Shown here in pieces: positions 59,717-64,000 of a DNA stretch of 64,000 bases. Below the pieces are notes generated by a model that saw only the letters and a list, made by a program, of their open reading frames with translations, was not told the origin of the DNA and searched no databases. Origin of the DNA: a virus. Its lineage: Duplodnaviria; Caudoviricetes. The stretch spans positions 1 through 64,000 of IMG/VR virus record IMGVR_UViG_3300028591_000010; one strand, given 5' to 3'. The position numbers were made by a program, and so were the translations under genes. Positions within the stretch are counted from its first letter, which is position 1. The number at the start of each line of letters is the position of its first letter.

Positions 59717-61105
59717 TTACTTCTGCTCTTCAGCAGGAGTCTCTGCCTGGGCAATTTCGGTGATGTTACTTTCTGAGTAAGCAATCGACTGAGAAAGAGG
59801 ATCACGGAACAGGTTAACGATGATGCCGGCACGCTGCTGTACGTTGTGCAACAGTGAATCCATATCAACCTTAGTCAGATCAGTACCCTTATAATAGGTG
59901 TTGATGATCTGGTCAACAATCAGGTGAGCACGCTTGTAGTCAGCGTCGGTGTCATCCTTCTTGTTGAAGTTGTCGATGAGGTTGTCAACGTCCTCGATAG
60001 AGGGGTTGTTCATACCAATAACAATGCCGTTCATCTCATTGATAGTGTTGTTACATTTCTCAATGTAATCCTTGTGGGTTTTGATGTCAGTCTTTGCAAT
60101 GTTCACCTCAGTTGCATCTTTGTTTTCCTTAACAATTTCCTCTTTCTTCTTGATGATGCGCTCATTCTCCTTAATTCCCTTCTCTGCCTTAGAGATTTCC
60201 TCTTTACAGGACCAAGTGATCATGATACGGACCAAGTCGGCAATGAAGTCGTTGGTGAGAGCACCTTTGGTGTCGATCTTATCCGCATTGCGGCGATACA
60301 TACAGAAAGGACCAATGATTGTACCAACGTTGACGAAGTTCTTGCGGAACAAGCCAGCGTTACCAACCAGACCAACGGGACACGGACCTACGACAGCAGC
60401 CATTTCAGAGAGAAGGTCAGAATAGCTCTTATTCTTCACCTCTTCAAGAGCAGCCTTCTTGTCTTCAGCCTTGTTTGCCTGAATAGTCAGATAACCACGA
60501 TAGAAATCGGTAGCACGACGCATGCGGGCAATAATGCCCTCATTACCTCTACTGATAAGCAGAGTCAACGATGCAGCGAGTTGCTCGGGACTAGTAACTT
60601 CTGCAGGGTTGGTCACACCTTCCAACTTCTCTTCGGCAGCAATCTTCTTCTTCATGTCATCACTTACCTTTACGGCAGTGGACGGAATCTGAACATCACC
60701 CTTCTCATTAGGAGCGGGCAAAGCCTTCACATCAATTGCTACGCCAGTGAACTCGCTGATGGCGTTTACAGCTTCTACCTGGTTCTTCAGCATCATTTGT
60801 GCAAATGGGCTCTTATTTTCATGAACCTCAATAGCCAATACTGTTGCAAAGCCAGTCAATGTGAATACATTGATACTGTGAATCGTGTCTTCAGACAGAT
60901 TATAATATGCAGCAGCGTTAGGATTGTCGTGGATCATACCTTTCAAGCCATTCAACGCCGTTACAGTCGCATCGGGGCTTAATCCACTCTTTATCCCATT
61001 TACCACTGTCTTAACAGCTGGATTTTCTACTTTTGGAGTCTGCTGTGCTGCAGCCTCTTCTGCAGCCTGCTGTGCAGGACTCTTCTTGTTATTCTTGTTT
61101 GCCAT
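59717..61105 (-). CDS. Hypothetical protein, likely highly expressed
   Basis: 462 aa, biased codon usage, coiled-coil segment. Confidence 0.75.
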   Translation of the reverse strand: MANKNNKKSPAQQAAEEAAAQQTPKVENPAVKTVVNGIKSGLSPDATVTALNGLKGMIHDNPNAAAYYNLSEDTIHSINVFTLTGFATVLAIEVHENKSPFAQMMLKNQVEAVNAISEFTGVAIDVKALPAPNEKGDVQIPSTAVKVSDDMKKKIAAEEKLEGVTNPAEVTSPEQLAASLTLLISRGNEGIIARMRRATDFYRGYLTIQANKAEDKKAALEEVKNKSYSDLLSEMAAVVGPCPVGLVGNAGLFRKNFVNVGTIIGPFCMYRRNADKIDTKGALTNDFIADLVRIMITWSCKEEISKAEKGIKENERIIKKKEEIVKENKDATEVNIAKTDIKTHKDYIEKCNNTINEMNGIVIGMNNPSIEDVDNLIDNFNKKDDTDADYKRAHLIVDQIINTYYKGTDLTKVDMDSLLHNVQQRAGIIVNLFRDPLSQSIAYSESNITEIAQAETPAEEQK

Positions 61106-61188
61106 TTTGATAACGGTTTTAAAGATTAAATACTTGTAGCTGGTTAGACTACTTAACTATAACCAATTGCCGAAAGTAGACGTTTCTT

Positions 61189-61593
61189 TCAAGAATCATC
61201 TATAATTGCAACCGAGTTTGGTGGATTCGGCAAGATATGGATGTATCCCTGAGTCACCTCAGAGACATTACTCAAGGTAAAATTACGCTCATAAGCAGGT
61301 ACTATTGCCTGACTCACAGGTTCTGAAGTTACCTTCTTAGGTGCTGGTAGACCATCATCTGCTAAAAGGTATACTAATGAACCTGATGAAGCCGCCAGCC
61401 CCTGTGTGGGCTGTACCTGCATGAACGTCGTCTTACCTTCATCTTTAGCGAAGCTATCATGGATAAGCTTAACGCCTGCAAAGCCCAACACATAACATGT
61501 GAGCAATGCCCAGAACAGCTTATTACTTTCATTGTATCGAGCAATGAGAGTAATTAATACTATTCCGAGAATGAAAGTGAACAATGTCAACAT
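61189..61593 (-). CDS. Membrane protein (two N-terminal TM helices)
   Basis: 134 aa, directly downstream of the sigma factor gene. Confidence 0.65.
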   Translation of the reverse strand: MLTLFTFILGIVLITLIARYNESNKLFWALLTCYVLGFAGVKLIHDSFAKDEGKTTFMQVQPTQGLAASSGSLVYLLADDGLPAPKKVTSEPVSQAIVPAYERNFTLSNVSEVTQGYIHILPNPPNSVAIIDDS

Positions 61594-61596
61594 AAC

Positions 61597-62154
61597 TTAA
61601 ACGTTAATTTTGGTTTTTAATTTGCGTCTAGTTCTCGACAACGTTGACTTTATAGTTCCTGTTGGGATTTTTAACGCTTTACTAATCTTTTTAACTGGTA
61701 AATTATCGACATAAAACAACTCAAAGATCTTACGAGTGACCTCTGGTAGTTTTTCGAATTCAGCGACAACTTGTTTATACGTCAAATGATTGACTAGATC
61801 ATCCTCCGCTGATACTTGAACATTTTTAAGTGACAGTCTATCACCTTCATCTTCAAGTACAAGTCGCTTATTACGCGTCTCACGTAAATAATCTACAGCT
61901 GTATGATTAGCTATAATTCTCAGCCAACCTCCAAAGGAGTTGTAAGCTGTGAATGTCGAGAGTTTATCATACACTTTAAGAAATACAATATTAGCGATAT
62001 CTTTCGCTTCATCCATATCTCTAAGATATTGGAATAACACACTTTCAACAAACGGTTTGTATCTTCTATAGAGTGTATTAAAAGCAAGCTCATCGCCTGC
62101 TTGCGCCTTTTTGATTAGACCAATTTCAACATCGGTGATTCTAGGATTCTTCAT
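61597..62154 (-). CDS. ECF-type sigma-70 factor
   Basis: AQAGDELAFNTLY, DIANIVFLKVY, FGGWLRIIANHTAVDYLR (region 2) and ISKALKIPTGTIKSTLSRTR (region 4). ATG at 62154 preferred over TTG at 62166. Confidence 0.9.
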   Translation of the reverse strand: MKNPRITDVEIGLIKKAQAGDELAFNTLYRRYKPFVESVLFQYLRDMDEAKDIANIVFLKVYDKLSTFTAYNSFGGWLRIIANHTAVDYLRETRNKRLVLEDEGDRLSLKNVQVSAEDDLVNHLTYKQVVAEFEKLPEVTRKIFELFYVDNLPVKKISKALKIPTGTIKSTLSRTRRKLKTKINV

Positions 62155-62377
62155 AATCAAAAACAATTAGCCGGTTATTAAGGTGTCACTCCTGTAACAG
62201 ACGGTGCTGCATATAGTGTAAGAAGTATGAGCAGGGTTCAATTGGACTTATCTTTAGGATTAGAGTACCTTCACTAGTTGCCAACCATCGCTCTGTACTC
62301 CCAGATCGACTGCTACGAATCTTTCATACTTCTTAATTGTGGGCAGTTGCTATCAAAAGCTACCTCAAGGGACTGCC

Positions 62378-62800
62378 CTAGAACGGGAGATCTTCAGTAT
62401 TTATCTCTGACATCTCCTGCCTTATGTTAGAAGTTAAGTTATGATGTATCTTTTTCGCGATGTCATCTGGTACATACCAATCGTCTACTAGCTTATTTAA
62501 TGTACTTGTAAATATACGAATTCGTACATCTATAGCACGATAATCCGTTATTCCAATAGCTAATACAATACGATCGTTAACCCACTTTAAGAGATTTCTT
62601 AAATGTGAGTTTGTACAAATGGCATATATAACATCTTCATCTAACTTCTCGTCTCCAGAAACAAATATTCGTGGACATTCTAATGCGCAATTGCGCCTTG
62701 ATTGTATGATACGCAACTGGGCGTACTGTTCACTAACTTTTGTTTCATCAGTAATTGTGACTCCTAAGAGTCTTAAATAGTAGGAAAATATACTAAACAT
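62378..62800 (-). CDS. Hypothetical protein with SSB-like C-terminal tip (EDLPF)
   Basis: 140 aa, TAG stop. Confidence 0.65.
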   Translation of the reverse strand: MFSIFSYYLRLLGVTITDETKVSEQYAQLRIIQSRRNCALECPRIFVSGDEKLDEDVIYAICTNSHLRNLLKWVNDRIVLAIGITDYRAIDVRIRIFTSTLNKLVDDWYVPDDIAKKIHHNLTSNIRQEMSEINTEDLPF

Positions 62801-62806
62801 ATTCCT

Positions 62807-63304
62807 TTAATACTTACCTTCTATACAACATATCAAGAATTCTGCTAAGTTATCAACATACTGATACTTTGCTTCTTTCTCCTCCTGCGTACAATTGGGA
62901 GAAGGTAATAGCCAAGAAAGATAATCTCGAATGATTTCAATCTGTATATCAAAATCATCTTTACCTTTCTGTTTAGAGATACTGTATGCATGTTCAATGC
63001 ACTGAAATTCTTTCATGAACCATTTAACCCATTTAGAGATACGTTCCCAATATTCTTTTTCTTCATTGGTTAAATCGTCCCAATTAATAGTTTTATCAAA
63101 CTCAAATTGATATTTACCATGTTCAGCAATGCCCAATGCTATACGAGTAGCATTATTACGCTGATCTTTATCACGATATATACCAATAAAATTTGAATAA
63201 ACATGATCTATCCACTTTTCTTTAGCTTTACGCCATTTAAGTGCATAGTTTACCATCTTGGGACAACGGTCCCGTAACATTTCTTTGTATCCTAATTTCT
63301 TCAT
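62807..63304 (-). CDS. Hypothetical protein
   Basis: 165 aa ORF starting just after the tRNA-Arg 3' end. Confidence 0.7.
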   Translation of the reverse strand: MKKLGYKEMLRDRCPKMVNYALKWRKAKEKWIDHVYSNFIGIYRDKDQRNNATRIALGIAEHGKYQFEFDKTINWDDLTNEEKEYWERISKWVKWFMKEFQCIEHAYSISKQKGKDDFDIQIEIIRDYLSWLLPSPNCTQEEKEAKYQYVDNLAEFLICCIEGKY

Positions 63305-63308
63305 ATTG

Positions 63309-63382
63309 TGATTCCTAATGGATTCGAACCATTGACCGACAGATTAGAAATCTGTTGCTCTATCCAGCTGAGCTAAGGAACC
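63309..63382 (-). tRNA. tRNA-Arg(TCT)
   Basis: Full cloverleaf GGTTCCT...AGCTCAGCTGGATAGAGC, ACAGA-TT(TCT)AA-TCTGT, AATGG-TTCGAAT-CCATT, AGGAATC-A. CCA not encoded. Confidence 0.9.
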
Positions 63383-63454
63383 GTTACGTCAGCGGCTACT
63401 ATTATTCACCGCTGACTACTATTACAAATCGTTCATTAGACATTGCCTCACGGC

Positions 63455-63503
63455 AGGAGTGAGGTAGGGATTCGAACCCCATACTCCAACATAGTCCTCA
63501 CTC
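63455..63503 (-). ncRNA. Mini tRNA-like element (acceptor stem + T-arm, no anticodon arm)
   Basis: GAGTGAGG/CCTCACTC stem, 14-nt linker containing TGTTGG, TGGGG-TTCGAAT-CCCTA. Confidence 0.6.
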
Positions 63504-63509
63504 TGTCTG

Positions 63510-63722
63510 GGCACTTAGGTAGCCCGTAACACCGACTTTACGCTGCCTCCTTGAGGCCCGTATAGTCTGCAATGTTAATATTGCCAGTTAATTTTATATC
63601 AGAGCGCTTCACGACTTACCGTCTACCGCTGTCAAATCCAAATAGGCCCAGATACTCATGTTAGACTGGTGGACCTAGAGGGATTCGAACCCTCGTCCAA
63701 ACGGCTTATTCTCAGTCACGCT
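63510..63722 (-). ncRNA. ssrA: Circularly permuted (two-piece) tmRNA
   Basis: 3' acceptor piece (GGACGAGGGTTCGAATCCCTCTAGGTCCACCA, ends 63667) precedes the 5' piece (GGGCCTATTTGGATTTGACAGCGG, starts 63649). 7-bp stem with G3.U70. TAACT then tag frame 63585-63538, GNINIADYTGLKEAA*. Outer ends approximate. Confidence 0.85.
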
Positions 63723-64000
63723 AAGATTCTTTTGATGTGATGTTGTCAAATCATGCTACATCTCTTGTGAACTCTATGATGATCAGTCACAGAATTCGAT
63801 TTAAGGCCATTTTCAGCCGTTCTAAGGCGTTTTCTAACCTCTAATGGGTAGCTAATCCATAAGCGGTTATTAAACGCTTCAAAACGGCTTTTTGGGACCC
63901 CATAAAAAGCACATTGCCCTACTACTGACTCTAAGGTTCTGAATAGAATATGCTTGCATTCTTGATATACAATGCAGTGTCAATATGTTGATACAATCTC

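Noticed and set aside
59924-60982. 352-aa + strand ORF
   Set aside because: Antisense shadow of the 462-aa - strand gene, explained by its codon bias. No protein-like features.
63309-63382. This tRNA as the amber (CTA) suppressor
   Set aside because: The loop TTTCTAA contains CTA only off-centre. The canonical 7-nt loop register gives TCT, and the D-loop A fits Arg identity.

Overview
This window is 64 kb of a crAss-like phage (Crassvirales, Bacteroidota host) with two convergent halves. The + strand (24-43087) is the late/virion module: major capsid, three tail-ring paralogs, auxiliary capsid, holin and spanin-like genes, tail tube rings, muzzle, cargo proteins, a ~5,100-aa virion RNA polymerase polyprotein and a ~2,400-aa ejected protein with an ART-PolyVal domain. 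Here TAG is a sense codon (almost certainly Gln, code 15), so the supplied ORF fragments join into long genes ending in TAA/TGA. The - strand (43150-63304) is the early/replication module in the standard code, with TAG still used as a stop: RecE-like nuclease, AAA ATPases, primase, SSB, DnaB, PolB, an ECF sigma factor and hypotheticals. Then come tRNA-Arg(TCT) and a circularly permuted two-piece tmRNA (tag GNINIADYTGLKEAA). Main unusual observations: the permuted tmRNA with a flanking mini tRNA-like element; a covarying bulged-A hairpin motif at the start codons of seven replication genes plus one orphan copy; a tail-ring gene split by a ~2.7-kb adhesin-like insertion; five hairpins with an invariant CCGCAA loop; several tRNA-like elements; a ~2.1-kb gene-free structured region; and dispersed gyrase-site-like periodic elements. 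Recoded gene boundaries were joined by hand from frame continuity. Functional names are recalled from family knowledge, not from database searches.
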